DNA from: Bdellovibrionales bacterium
GTDB taxonomy: Bacteria > Bdellovibrionota > UBA1018 > CAIMNF01
Length of the DNA: 64,000 nucleotides
Assembly: GCA_040380025.1 (NCBI GenBank)
Contig: JBEIJY010000002.1
Location: forward strand, 1-64,000
Direction: 5' to 3'
Shown: one piece after another, positions 39,854 to 49,360 of the stretch
How the letters are laid out: each line of letters opens with the position of its first letter
Position numbering within the stretch: position 1 is the stretch's first letter
Notes under the pieces: model-generated
Databases searched by the model: none
What the model was told of the DNA's origin: nothing
What the model saw: the letters and a program-made list of their open reading frames with translations, nothing else
Program-made: the position numbers and the translations under genes

Positions 39854-39902
39854 TCTGATTTTGTTGACAGGGGGGATGCGGGCCACCCTATGATTTCAGA
39901 TC

Positions 39903-40661
39903 ATGAAATGGCTCATTCTTAGAGGTCTCGTGCGCGAACAGCGGCACTGGGGCCCGTTCAAAGCGGAGTTCGAACGCTATCTGCAAGCGCGGGACCCCTC
40001 GGCCGCGGTTCATGCGCTTGATTTTCCGGGGTTTGGCACCGAGCGTGCGAGACCCTCTCCCTTTTCGATCGAAGAAATCGTCGACGACCTTCGCGCCCGG
40101 TGGAGGGCGCTGAAGACTGACCCCGCCGAGCCTTGGAACCTCCTAGCGGTTTCTCTCGGGGGCATGGTCGCCATGAGCTGGGTTTCGCGGTATCCCGAGG
40201 ACTTCGGCAGGCTCGTTCTCATCAACTCGAGCGCGCGGGGCCTGAGCCCGCTCCATCGGCGCATGAAGCCTGAAAACTATCCCCGCGTCCTCGCGCTCTT
40301 TTTGGAGCAAGACATTGCCGCGCGCGAGCGGAAGATCCTCGAGATGACGACGAATCTCTCGGGAAAGGCCCTTCTGGAGCGCGCCGATGTGCACGCCGCG
40401 TTTGCGTTGAAGGTGAACCGGCGGGATGCCCTGGCGCAGATCTGCTCTGCGATCCGGTTCCGGCCGCCCGCCCGAATTCCTGTTCCGCTCCTCGTGGTGG
40501 GGGGCAAGGGCGATCGTCTGGTCGATGCTTCGTGCTCCGAGCGAATCGCCGAGAAATACCGCGGAAAGCTTGTTTTGCACGAAACTGCGAACCACGATCT
40601 CGCGCTTGACGAGCCCCGCTGGCTCATGGAGCAGATCGACGCTTGGATTTCGGGCGCTTGA
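39903..40661 (+). CDS. Alpha/beta hydrolase
   Basis: LRGLVRE, DFPGFG, AVSLGG nucleophile elbow, catalytic D and H (NHD). Confidence 0.88.
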   Translation: MKWLILRGLVREQRHWGPFKAEFERYLQARDPSAAVHALDFPGFGTERARPSPFSIEEIVDDLRARWRALKTDPAEPWNLLAVSLGGMVAMSWVSRYPEDFGRLVLINSSARGLSPLHRRMKPENYPRVLALFLEQDIAARERKILEMTTNLSGKALLERADVHAAFALKVNRRDALAQICSAIRFRPPARIPVPLLVVGGKGDRLVDASCSERIAEKYRGKLVLHETANHDLALDEPRWLMEQIDAWISGA

Positions 40662-40666
40662 CTTTG

Positions 40667-40686
40667 GTGCATCACTAGTGATGCAC
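40667..40686. promoter_or_regulatory. Perfect 20-bp palindrome, probable TA operator
   Basis: GTGCATCACTAGTGATGCAC just downstream of TTGACT (40658-40663). Confidence 0.65.
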
Positions 40687-40704
40687 TAGGTCTTGGGAGC
40701 ATTT

Positions 40705-40926
40705 ATGGCGGCAAAAAATCCGAGACTCAATGTGGTCCTCTCGCAGGACACGATGGGGGTCATTGAACAGATTGCAAAAAAAGAGGGGAAGTCTCTCTCT
40801 GTGGTCGCCAAAGAATTGATGGAGGACGCCATCGAGAAGCACGAGGACCTCCTTCTTTCGGAGATGGCGATGAAGCGCGAAGGCAAGGCAAGCAAAACGA
40901 TCACTCATGACAAAGCCTGGAAGTAG
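40705..40926 (+). CDS. RHH/CopG-family antitoxin
   Basis: NPRLNVVL, GKSLSVVAKELM, EDLLL, ITHDKAW. Confidence 0.8.
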   Translation: MAAKNPRLNVVLSQDTMGVIEQIAKKEGKSLSVVAKELMEDAIEKHEDLLLSEMAMKREGKASKTITHDKAWK

Positions 40927-41197
40927 CTCCGAAGCCTTCTCGATCGAGTACCTGCCGGCCGTGGTCGATGAGGACATTCCGGCTCTTCCAAAAAGCGTCA
41001 AAAATCAAATCAAAAAGGCGATCGAAACCCGACTGGTTGCCGATCCGATCGGTCCGGGGAAACCCCTTCGATATAGCTTCAAAGGGCATCGTAAAATCCG
41101 TGTTGGGGATTACCGGATTGTTTACCGCGTCGATGTCGAACTTCGTGTGGTTACCATTGCGATCATCAAGCATCGCCGGGATGTGTACGAGAAATGA
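40907..41197 (+). CDS. RelE/ParE family toxin
   Basis: GKPL...RVGDYRIVY...IKHRRDVY. Confidence 0.88.
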   Translation: MTKPGSSSEAFSIEYLPAVVDEDIPALPKSVKNQIKKAIETRLVADPIGPGKPLRYSFKGHRKIRVGDYRIVYRVDVELRVVTIAIIKHRRDVYEK

Positions 41198-41273
41198 CCT
41201 GCTTCGTTTGACTCGCTCCGGGACTCATGAAAAAATGGAAATTGTGACCTGACAGTCTAGGAGGGACGAGTCC

Positions 41274-42053
41274 ATGTCGAACCATTCCAATCCGTCGAAT
41301 TCCCCGAATCCCCAGCTTCTTCAGCAGCGCCTGAGCGTGCGCGAGCAAGAAATCAACGCCCTCAAAATCCAGAACCGCCATTTGCTCGAGCGAATCGAGG
41401 AGCTCGAAAAAAAGGCCGAGCCGAACCGGATCGACACCCGTTTTGTCGCGGACGAGGTGAACCGGGCGCTCGATCCGGTTCTTCAGCAAATGAAGTCGAC
41501 CGTGAATTCCTCGTTCGAGATTCTTCAGAGCACGATGCGCGGAATTTACCAGCAAAGCCAGCGGGCCGAGAAAGCCGTGTCTGATATGTCTTCCCAAACC
41601 CGGGAACTCGAAATCCGCCTGAATGACCAGCGAAAGCAGGACCAAACCTACTACCAAGACCGGATCCTCTCGATTGTCTCGGGGTTTTGTGATCGCCTTG
41701 AACGGCAAATTGACATCCGCCTGCGGGCGCTCGGTTCGATCGAGCTCGTGATCGGAAAACAAAACGAGATCCTCTCGGATCTCGAAACCCTGAAGAGTGT
41801 CGTCGAGTCCGCGCAGCGGAATACCGAGGCCGGGCGCGCCGATGTGGGCCGGGTCGAGAAAGGATTCGGCGGCATCCAGGAACAACTCGTCGAGATCCAG
41901 CTGAATGTCCGATCGGCCGGTGAACTGGTCAAGGACACGCTCCAGCAGGCGCAGAGCCACCGCGCCGAGATCCGCATGATTCGGGCCGAATTGAAGCAAA
42001 CGGTCGATCTGAATCGTGATGACAGTGTCATCGCGCCCGAATCGATTCTTTGA
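41274..42053 (+). CDS. Hypothetical coiled-coil protein
   Basis: AGGAGG RBS; Q/E/R/L-rich heptad pattern throughout. Confidence 0.7.
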   Translation: MSNHSNPSNSPNPQLLQQRLSVREQEINALKIQNRHLLERIEELEKKAEPNRIDTRFVADEVNRALDPVLQQMKSTVNSSFEILQSTMRGIYQQSQRAEKAVSDMSSQTRELEIRLNDQRKQDQTYYQDRILSIVSGFCDRLERQIDIRLRALGSIELVIGKQNEILSDLETLKSVVESAQRNTEAGRADVGRVEKGFGGIQEQLVEIQLNVRSAGELVKDTLQQAQSHRAEIRMIRAELKQTVDLNRDDSVIAPESIL

Positions 42054-42089
42054 TGGATCAAATGCCCGCAGACCGTTATTGTGGGCCCC

Positions 42090-43688
42090 ATGCTTGATCG
42101 TCTGATTCAGCGCCTGACGGGCGGCCTCTTGGCTGTGCCGCTTGTTCTTGGCTCGTACCTTATCTTGCTTTGGAACATGAGTGTCCCGATGACGGGAGAT
42201 CAAAAAGTGTATCTCTCGATCGCGCTCGAGATGCGAGAGCGAGGCGAATGGATCATTCCGTACTTGTTCGAGCGCGCGAACTTCCTGAAGCCGCCTCTTC
42301 AATACTGGGCTACGCTTCTGGGCTGGAAGGTCTTCGGCTTCGGACTCTTCGGAGCATTGATTCCCTCGGTGCTTGCCATGATCGGGGCGGGTTGGGTCGT
42401 GCGGAGGATTTCGGGCGAGGGGAGCTTTCTTCCGCTCGTGTTTTTTTGCGCGACGATCGCCTCGATGACCTACGGAACGACCGCACAGATGGAGATCTGG
42501 ATCGTGCTGTTTTACCCTCTTTCTTGGATGCTCTGGCGCGAGCGTCGCGAGAACCTGGCTTGGATTTCGACCGGAGTCATGGCGCTCGTGAAGGGGCCGC
42601 TGTATCCGGCGCTTTGGGTGATCTCGGTGTCGGCACAAAAAGGATTTCAAAAACAAACGCGCGAGCTCCTGCGTCCCCGGTTTATCGGGGGGCTTGCTCT
42701 CGGGATTTTGATCGGGCTTTCTTGGTATTTTCTCGCGGCCCGAACCCATCTTCAGGCCATGCTCGATCAGTTCCTGCTTCGCGAGAATGTCGGAAAGCTC
42801 TCGACCTCGCAGGGGAGTCCCCTTGGCCTTTGGTCCGAATTCCTGGGCACGACGTTTCCGCTCCTGCCGTGGTGGGTGTTTTCGGTGGCGAGCAAGGAGT
42901 TCCGCGCGCGGTGGCGCGAGAACCGCGGGTTCTGGCTTGCCTACGGGCTGATTCCTGCGGTTTTCTTCACGCTGTTTCCGTACCGGGTGAATACCTATCT
43001 TTACATCCTGACTCCGCTTTTTGTGTGGATGCTCTCGATCCAGCCTCCTTCCGTTCCCCGTGCGCTCCGGCTTCCGGTTCAGTCTCTGGTGGCCATGGTT
43101 GCGGGAGTGATGCTTTTCTTGATTCTCCGATTGGTTCTCGGGGCGTGGATCGGAGCCTGGATTTTTGCTCTTTCGGTGGTCGCCTTGGCCATCTGGGTGA
43201 TTTCAATTTTTCGAATGAATCCCGCGCTCGTGGGACTCGGTGCGCTTTTGCTCGTGACCACGGTCCGGCTGGCCGCGATCGAGATCGGCGAGCGGGACAT
43301 CCGCGGGCTTCGGGAGTACCGCGCCGCGAATTCCGGTCAGCTCGCTTATTTTCTGGATGGCGAGGACATCTGGCATGAATTCGGGCTCATTTCTTCTGCG
43401 CTCGGCGAACCCATCTTGCGCATCCGGGGCCCCGAAGAAAAAGCCAGCTGGCTTGCCGGGGGCAATGCACTGATTCTTTCGAACGAGCAGGAATCGGAGG
43501 CCACGGGCCTTTCTTGTACCGAGTGGCGGCGCCTCAAGCGGCGCATGAAGTTCCCGCTTCGGGAGCTGATTTTGCAAGGACTTTCGATCGAAGACCCCGC
43601 GCTTCATCGCGTCTTCCGGCTGTGCCGGACCCCGGGTCCCGCGACTTCGGCGCCGGAATGTGGTAGGCTTCCCTGCACGAGTCAATGA
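42090..43688 (+). CDS. ArnT/PMT-family (GT-C) glycosyltransferase
   Basis: DQ..Y...A.EM...G.W..P, KPPLQYW, VKGP; multi-TM. Confidence 0.8.
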   Translation: MLDRLIQRLTGGLLAVPLVLGSYLILLWNMSVPMTGDQKVYLSIALEMRERGEWIIPYLFERANFLKPPLQYWATLLGWKVFGFGLFGALIPSVLAMIGAGWVVRRISGEGSFLPLVFFCATIASMTYGTTAQMEIWIVLFYPLSWMLWRERRENLAWISTGVMALVKGPLYPALWVISVSAQKGFQKQTRELLRPRFIGGLALGILIGLSWYFLAARTHLQAMLDQFLLRENVGKLSTSQGSPLGLWSEFLGTTFPLLPWWVFSVASKEFRARWRENRGFWLAYGLIPAVFFTLFPYRVNTYLYILTPLFVWMLSIQPPSVPRALRLPVQSLVAMVAGVMLFLILRLVLGAWIGAWIFALSVVALAIWVISIFRMNPALVGLGALLLVTTVRLAAIEIGERDIRGLREYRAANSGQLAYFLDGEDIWHEFGLISSALGEPILRIRGPEEKASWLAGGNALILSNEQESEATGLSCTEWRRLKRRMKFPLRELILQGLSIEDPALHRVFRLCRTPGPATSAPECGRLPCTSQ

Positions 43689-44548
43689 GCGAAATGGAAC
43701 CGACACAGCGCAAATCCGTCGCGGTCGTGATCACGACCTACAACAATCCGAAGAGCCTTGAGCTTTGTTTGCTCTCGTTTGTGCGGCAAACCCACCGCGA
43801 TTTTGTGATTCACATCGCCGATGACGGTTCGGGCGACGAGACCCGCGATTTGATTCTGCGACTGAAGCGCGAGCTTCCGATCGAGATCTACCACCATTGG
43901 CACCCCGATCAGGGCTACCGCAAAGCGAAGATCAACAACACGGTGTTCGGCCAGATCGACCCCGCACGGTGCAAGGTCACGATCTGCATCGATCACGATG
44001 TCATTGTTCATCCTCGCTTTGTCGAAGATCACTACCGCGCCCACGAAACGCGCGGGTTTGCTCCGCTCCTCTTCATGGGACGACGGATCGATCTCGGCCC
44101 GCGCGTGACCGAATCGATCACGCCGGACGAGGTGTTCCGGTTCCAGAATGGAATGTCACTCCCGCTTTTTTGCTCCGGTCTTCGGGGCGAGACGAGGAAC
44201 ATCCTTCGGGCGGTGCGCCTCGAGGGGCCCCGCTGGCTGTTGCGGCTCATGAAGCGCGATCGGGTGCATGACCTTCTGGGCTCGAATTTTTCGATTTCCA
44301 CACGCACGCTCATCGAGGTGAACGGGTACAACGAGGATTACAAAAGCTACTGGGGCGAGGATGGCGATCTCTTTGTTCGCATCCGGAACCGCGGGGTCGA
44401 GATCGACGGTCTTATCGGCTATGCGATCCAGTGGCATCTGTACCACAAGCGACTCGAAGAAACTCCCGAGCACATCGCAAAGTACCGGGAGCTTCTCGAG
44501 AACCTCGATTATGTCGAATGCCCGAACGGCATCCGGAAATCACGATAA
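43685..44548 (+). CDS. Glycosyltransferase family 2
   Basis: ITTYN, IADDGS, IDHD, VNGYNE..YWGEDGD. Confidence 0.88.
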   Translation: MSEMEPTQRKSVAVVITTYNNPKSLELCLLSFVRQTHRDFVIHIADDGSGDETRDLILRLKRELPIEIYHHWHPDQGYRKAKINNTVFGQIDPARCKVTICIDHDVIVHPRFVEDHYRAHETRGFAPLLFMGRRIDLGPRVTESITPDEVFRFQNGMSLPLFCSGLRGETRNILRAVRLEGPRWLLRLMKRDRVHDLLGSNFSISTRTLIEVNGYNEDYKSYWGEDGDLFVRIRNRGVEIDGLIGYAIQWHLYHKRLEETPEHIAKYRELLENLDYVECPNGIRKSR

Positions 44549-46762
44549 GAACAGCATTTCGCGGTACTTCGGAAGCGGCCAGTGGTCGTCCGCGACCATC
44601 GTTTCGAGCTGATCGCAGTGGGTGCGGAGGGATTCCATCGCGGGCTTCAGTTCGGCCGCGATCTTCGCGGCTTTTTCTTCTTCGCTTCCCAGTGCGTGAA
44701 TCTGCGAGATCAGCCGTTCGAGCCGCTTCAGTTCGCCCTGGGCCGAACCGAGCGTCTGGTATAGCCGCGTGAGGACCTCGGCGTGCGGGGCCTGAAGGCC
44801 CGCCGATTTCGCGGCCGCGACTCCTTCGGCGATGATGGTCGAGTACTGGAAGGCCGCCGGCAGGATCTGGGTTTCGACCATGGTCTGCATGGTCTCGCCC
44901 TCGATCAGGACCTTCTTGTTGTAGATCTCGATCCGCACATGGAAGCGCGAGCGGATCTCGTCTTCTGAAAACACCTTGAGCCCGGTCAGGAGCTTCACCG
45001 ATTCGGCGCTCACGATCTGATGGAGCGCCTCGGGCGTGGTCTTCAGGTGCGGAAGCCCGCGTTTCGCCGCCTCGCGGACCCATTCTTCGGAGTAGCCGTT
45101 TCCTTCGAACCGGACTGCTTTCGTTTCGCGGATCGCATCTTTCACTACGGCAAAGATCGCCTCTTCGGTCGATTTCGCGGTTTTGAGCTTCTGGGCCAGG
45201 TCTTCGGCAATGGCGTCGATTCCGTCCGAAACCGCGCAATTCAACAGGGTCACGGGGAGGGAGCACGAGGCCGATGCGCCGACCGCGCGGAATTCGAATT
45301 TGTTCCCCGTGAACGCGAACGGTGAGGTTCGGTTCCGGTCGGTGTTGTCTTTCATCACGGTGGGCAATCGACTGACCCCGAGGCGAATCACCGCTTCGGC
45401 GTAGTTCAGGTCCTTGTGCGTGTCTTTCTCGATCTCGTTCAGCATGTTGTCGAGCATGTTGCCGAGGAACACCGAGATGATCGCCGGAGGGGCCTCGTTC
45501 GCGCCCAGCCGGTGGTCGTTCCCGCTCGAGGCGATCGATGCGCGGAGAAGCCCGGCATGTTTGTGCACGCCCTTCAGTGTTGCCATCAAGAACAGCAAAA
45601 ACCGCAGATTCTGATGCGGGGTTTTTCCCGGGTCCAGCAGGTTGATCCCCTCGACCTCGGCACTCCCGCTCGTGACCGACATCGACCAGTTGTTGTGCTT
45701 GCCGCTTCCGTTCACGCCTTTGAAGGGCTTTTCGTGCAACAGGAGCTCGAAGTCGTGCTTGCGGGCGATGCGCTTCAGCACCTCCATCGTGAGGTGATTG
45801 TGGTCGATGGCCACGTTCGCTTCTTCGAAGATCGGAGCGGTCTCGAACTGCATCGGCGCCACCTCGTTGTGGCGGGTTTTGGTCGGAACGCCGAGCTTGA
45901 AGAGTTCGGTTTCGGCCTCGCCCATGAAGGCCAGTACGCGGGGCGGGATGCTCCCGAAGTAGTGGTCCTCGAGCTGTTGCCCTTTCGGCGGATGCGCTCC
46001 CACCAGCGTCCGGCCCGACATGATCAGATCGGGTCGCAAGGTATAGAACGCGCGATCGATCAAGAAATATTCCTGCTCGGGCCCGAGGGTCGCGGTCACC
46101 GAGCGCGCCTCATCGCCGATCAGGCGCAGGAGCTTGCATGCGCTCTCGGAGAGTGCCTCGTTGCTGCGAAGCACGCCGGTTTTTTCGTCGAGGGCATCGC
46201 CATGGTAGCTGATGAACACCGAGGGGATGCACAGGGTGCGGGAAGAGCCGATTTCGGCGATGAAAATGGGCGAGGTGGGATCCCAAGCGGCATAGCCGCG
46301 CGCTTCGAAGGTGGTGCGCATTCCGCCCGAGGGAAAGCTCGAGGCATCGGGCTCGCTCTGGATGAGCTGTGCGCCCGAGAACCGCTCGAGCGCGGATCCG
46401 GTCGAATCGAGGGTAAGAAATGTGTCGTGCTTTTCGGCCGTGGTGCCGGTTTGCGGCTGGAACCAGTGGCAGTAATGGGTCACGCCGTTTTCGAGGGCCC
46501 ACTCTTTCATCGCGTGGGCGAGCGCATTGGCCACTTCGAGGTCGAGCTTTTTGCCCGAATGGGTGGCCAGGATGAAGCGCTTGTAAATGTCGTTCGGGAG
46601 CTTTTGCTTCATCTCTTTCAGGTTGAAGGTGGCCGATCCGAAGTAGTCCGAGATCTTCATTTGATTCCCGTTCTCGTCCCGGGGCGGATCCACCCGAAGC
46701 GGTTTGCGGGCAGAAACGGTTTGCATTGCCTGATAACGGGGATGGGATCCGGAATGGTTCAT
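44540..46762 (-). CDS. Glutamine synthetase type III
   Basis: HWFQP...AEKHD, EPDASSFPSGG, EQEYF, HNEVAP, NGSGKH, RLGANEAPP, DRNRTSPFAFTGNKFEFR. Confidence 0.95.
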   Translation of the reverse strand: MNHSGSHPRYQAMQTVSARKPLRVDPPRDENGNQMKISDYFGSATFNLKEMKQKLPNDIYKRFILATHSGKKLDLEVANALAHAMKEWALENGVTHYCHWFQPQTGTTAEKHDTFLTLDSTGSALERFSGAQLIQSEPDASSFPSGGMRTTFEARGYAAWDPTSPIFIAEIGSSRTLCIPSVFISYHGDALDEKTGVLRSNEALSESACKLLRLIGDEARSVTATLGPEQEYFLIDRAFYTLRPDLIMSGRTLVGAHPPKGQQLEDHYFGSIPPRVLAFMGEAETELFKLGVPTKTRHNEVAPMQFETAPIFEEANVAIDHNHLTMEVLKRIARKHDFELLLHEKPFKGVNGSGKHNNWSMSVTSGSAEVEGINLLDPGKTPHQNLRFLLFLMATLKGVHKHAGLLRASIASSGNDHRLGANEAPPAIISVFLGNMLDNMLNEIEKDTHKDLNYAEAVIRLGVSRLPTVMKDNTDRNRTSPFAFTGNKFEFRAVGASASCSLPVTLLNCAVSDGIDAIAEDLAQKLKTAKSTEEAIFAVVKDAIRETKAVRFEGNGYSEEWVREAAKRGLPHLKTTPEALHQIVSAESVKLLTGLKVFSEDEIRSRFHVRIEIYNKKVLIEGETMQTMVETQILPAAFQYSTIIAEGVAAAKSAGLQAPHAEVLTRLYQTLGSAQGELKRLERLISQIHALGSEEEKAAKIAAELKPAMESLRTHCDQLETMVADDHWPLPKYREMLFLS

Positions 46763-46856
46763 GGGTGCCTCCTGAGCGACAAGCGCATCGTTCCATTTCC
46801 CGGCCCGAAATTCAATATCGTCCCGTGCACGAAAGCCGGTTGAATTCTGACCGGAA

Positions 46857-48020
46857 TCAGTAAATCCGGAAAACCGAAAACTGCGATTCGAGGCCCCCGT
46901 TGTGAAGGGCCCATTTTTTGTCGGGCTTCAGTCCGATTTTGTGGAGCAGTTGCTTTTCGGAGGTGATCACCCCGGCGGACCAGCCCTGAAACTTGTGCTT
47001 CAGGGTCGAGCCCATGGCCTGATACACGGGGCCCAGGGTTTCGAGCTCGTTCAGGCGCACGCCGTAGGGAGGGTTCGTGACGATCAGGCCTTTCGGTGCG
47101 AAGGCGGTCGAGTCCTCGAATCGTTCGATCCGGAGCCGGACCAGCCCTTCGAAGCCTGCATTCTTCAGGTTTTCACGGCAAACCGAAACCGCTTCGGAGT
47201 TCGCATCCCCGCCGACCATGATCGGGAGTTTGGAGGCCTCGAGCACCCGTTCTGCCGAAACCCGATCGAACACGGTCTGGAAGAGCTCGGGATCATGCCC
47301 GAGCCAGGCAAAAAACCCGAACCGTCTGCGATAGAGTCCGGGCGCCGTGCGGGTTGCGATCATCGCCGCCTCGGTGAGCAGGGTGCCCGAGCCGCAAAAC
47401 GGATCGAGAAACACAAAGCCCTCGTTGCAGAAGTATTGCCAGCCCGAAAGCAGCAACAACCCTGCCGCGAGGTTTTCTTTCATCGGGGCTTCGAGGGTCT
47501 TCGCGCGATACCCGCGCTCATGAAGACTCGGGCCCGAAAGATCGAGATACACCTTCAGGATCTGATCATGAAGGTGGAGCCGGATCGTGATGTCGGGATC
47601 ATCGCGGCGGACATTCGGTCTTGCGAGCCCCCGATCACGAAAGCAATCGACGATGGCGTCCTTGGCCTTGAGGGCCCAGAACTGGTGGTTCACTGGAATT
47701 CTTCGCTCTTTGGTCTCGCTTGCAGTCAGATACACCGCGAAGGTCGAATCGGGCGAAAACACCTTGGTCCAGTCGACCTCACGGATGGCCGAGTACAGCT
47801 CCTCGGGCTTGAAGATTTTTTTGAATCGCGCAAGCTGGAGCAGAACCCGCGAGGCGGTTCTGAGCTTCAAATTCGCCAAATAGGCAGTCTCGAGTGTTCC
47901 TTCGAATTCGACGCCTCCCGGATAGGTCGCGGTGATGGTGGCCGGAAGGCCTTCGACTTCTTTGCCGAGCACGCCGTCGAGGCCGCCCGGACAGATTGCA
48001 AAAAACGCGAGTTTGCTCAT
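46857..48020 (-). CDS. rlmL: THUMP-domain 23S rRNA methyltransferase (RlmL-like)
   Basis: LRTASRV, SLHERGYR, APMKENLAA, DPFCGSGT, TNPPYG. Confidence 0.88.
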   Translation of the reverse strand: MSKLAFFAICPGGLDGVLGKEVEGLPATITATYPGGVEFEGTLETAYLANLKLRTASRVLLQLARFKKIFKPEELYSAIREVDWTKVFSPDSTFAVYLTASETKERRIPVNHQFWALKAKDAIVDCFRDRGLARPNVRRDDPDITIRLHLHDQILKVYLDLSGPSLHERGYRAKTLEAPMKENLAAGLLLLSGWQYFCNEGFVFLDPFCGSGTLLTEAAMIATRTAPGLYRRRFGFFAWLGHDPELFQTVFDRVSAERVLEASKLPIMVGGDANSEAVSVCRENLKNAGFEGLVRLRIERFEDSTAFAPKGLIVTNPPYGVRLNELETLGPVYQAMGSTLKHKFQGWSAGVITSEKQLLHKIGLKPDKKWALHNGGLESQFSVFRIY

Positions 48021-48175
48021 TTGGTCTCCGGTGTGGCGACAGGGGTGGGAGAGGGACTCGGACCCTTGGAGGAGCGGGTTTCGGAGGGATCGGGAATCGA
48101 GTACAGCGGCACAGGAGGTTTTTTCACCCCGCATGCGGTCAGAGTCAGAGTCAGGATCAAAAGAATTCGATTCAT
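48017..48175 (-). CDS. Small lipoprotein (LptM/YifL-like)
   Basis: MNRILLILTLTLTA-CGVKKPP lipobox; Pro-rich tail. Confidence 0.55.
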   Translation of the reverse strand: MNRILLILTLTLTACGVKKPPVPLYSIPDPSETRSSKGPSPSPTPVATPETK

Positions 48176-48179
48176 GAGG

Positions 48180-49340
48180 TTACCATTTGACCGCAAGACC
48201 GAGCGCCATCCGGTCGATTCCGAGGTCGGCGCGAACATACCATTGCGGGCCGATTTGATAAAGAACTCCCAGTCCCGCTGTCGGTTGGAATCCCGAAAGT
48301 GCCGATTCCCCGATCGTGTTTCCTGCCGTGGAAGAGATCATCCAGTTATATTGGGCTCCGAGGTACCCGAGGACTGCGAAATCGGAATTGAGCTGGACGG
48401 AGTACAGGATCTCCGAGCGGATAGGGAGCACGTCATAGCTGTCGAACAGCCCCGTCAGGTTCATGAAGGAGTAATAGCCGGCGCCGAATTCGATCGAAAA
48501 AGAATCCTCGGGCCCCTGTCCCCGGAACCAGACGCCCTGATCGACCACTGTATTGAAGTAGGCGGTGAATCCGTTCGCGGTGTTTCCGGGCCACTGAAAA
48601 TTCGACATGTTCCGGAAGCTTCCGACCGAAACCCCGAGCGTTCGGGGATAGCGAATCAGTGATTCCTTTTCTTCGATGGCAGGAGTGGGTGTCCTGAACT
48701 GTTCTTCTTCGGGTTCAGGCGGAATCGATGCGTCCAGCTCTTCGTCATAGGCATCCACCGGAGATTCCTTCGGTGTCTCCTCGGGTGTTGGCGCAGGCGA
48801 GGCCTCTGGCTCGGGAGCGGGCGTAGCTTCTGGTTCGGGCGTCGGAGTTGCTTCGGGCTCAGGAGTCGGAGTCGCTTCGGGCTCAGGAGTCGGAGTTGCC
48901 ACCGGTTCGGCAGTGGGTGGCGGTGCCGCATCGGGGGGCGGGGGAGATGCCCCGTTCGGGGGGGCGGGCACGAGTTCGGCGAGTTTTTCAGCTCCCCGGT
49001 AGGATTGATTCAGTTGCAGGCTTCCTTCGGACTCGTATCGACGGACCCGCTTGGCGATCATTTCTTGTTTGGAGCCATCGGTTTGAAGAACCCGGAATGC
49101 CATGACGGGTTTCTGGTCGGCCTTCACGAGCACGATCGAGCCGGTTTTTGGTGGTTCTTCCTGCACTTTGAAGCGATATATGCGACCAGAACGGCTGATC
49201 TCGAGCGGGGTCAGGTCGAAGGATCGGGCCTCAATCCCAGGAAGCGGATCGCCCGGAGTGGCCGCTCCCGAGCAGGTGAGGAGCAACGCCAGCAGAAGGA
49301 CTGAAAACAGCCTTTGACGAACCGAGTGGTTTGTCTTCAC
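48180..49340 (-). CDS. Secreted protein with Pro/Thr linker and C-terminal beta-barrel-like domain
   Basis: Signal peptide; (TPEPEATP)n linker; C-terminal strands ending LGLAVKW. Confidence 0.6.
   Translation of the reverse strand: MKTNHSVRQRLFSVLLLALLLTCSGAATPGDPLPGIEARSFDLTPLEISRSGRIYRFKVQEEPPKTGSIVLVKADQKPVMAFRVLQTDGSKQEMIAKRVRRYESEGSLQLNQSYRGAEKLAELVPAPPNGASPPPPDAAPPPTAEPVATPTPEPEATPTPEPEATPTPEPEATPAPEPEASPAPTPEETPKESPVDAYDEELDASIPPEPEEEQFRTPTPAIEEKESLIRYPRTLGVSVGSFRNMSNFQWPGNTANGFTAYFNTVVDQGVWFRGQGPEDSFSIEFGAGYYSFMNLTGLFDSYDVLPIRSEILYSVQLNSDFAVLGYLGAQYNWMISSTAGNTIGESALSGFQPTAGLGVLYQIGPQWYVRADLGIDRMALGLAVKW
48778..48899. repeat. 24-bp coding tandem repeat, about 5 degenerate copies
   Basis: GCTTCGGGCTCAGGAGTCGGAGTY at 48850-48873 and 48874-48897, plus degenerate flanking copies. 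Confidence 0.8.
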
Positions 49341-49360
49341 ACTACCTTCGATTGTACTCG

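Noticed and set aside
46775..46800. sigma54-like TGGAAC upstream of glutamine synthetase
   Set aside because: GG to GC spacing does not fit the -24/-12 consensus
48778..48899. Repeat array as a possible CRISPR
   Set aside because: Contiguous in-frame 24-bp coding repeats with no spacers and no cas genes
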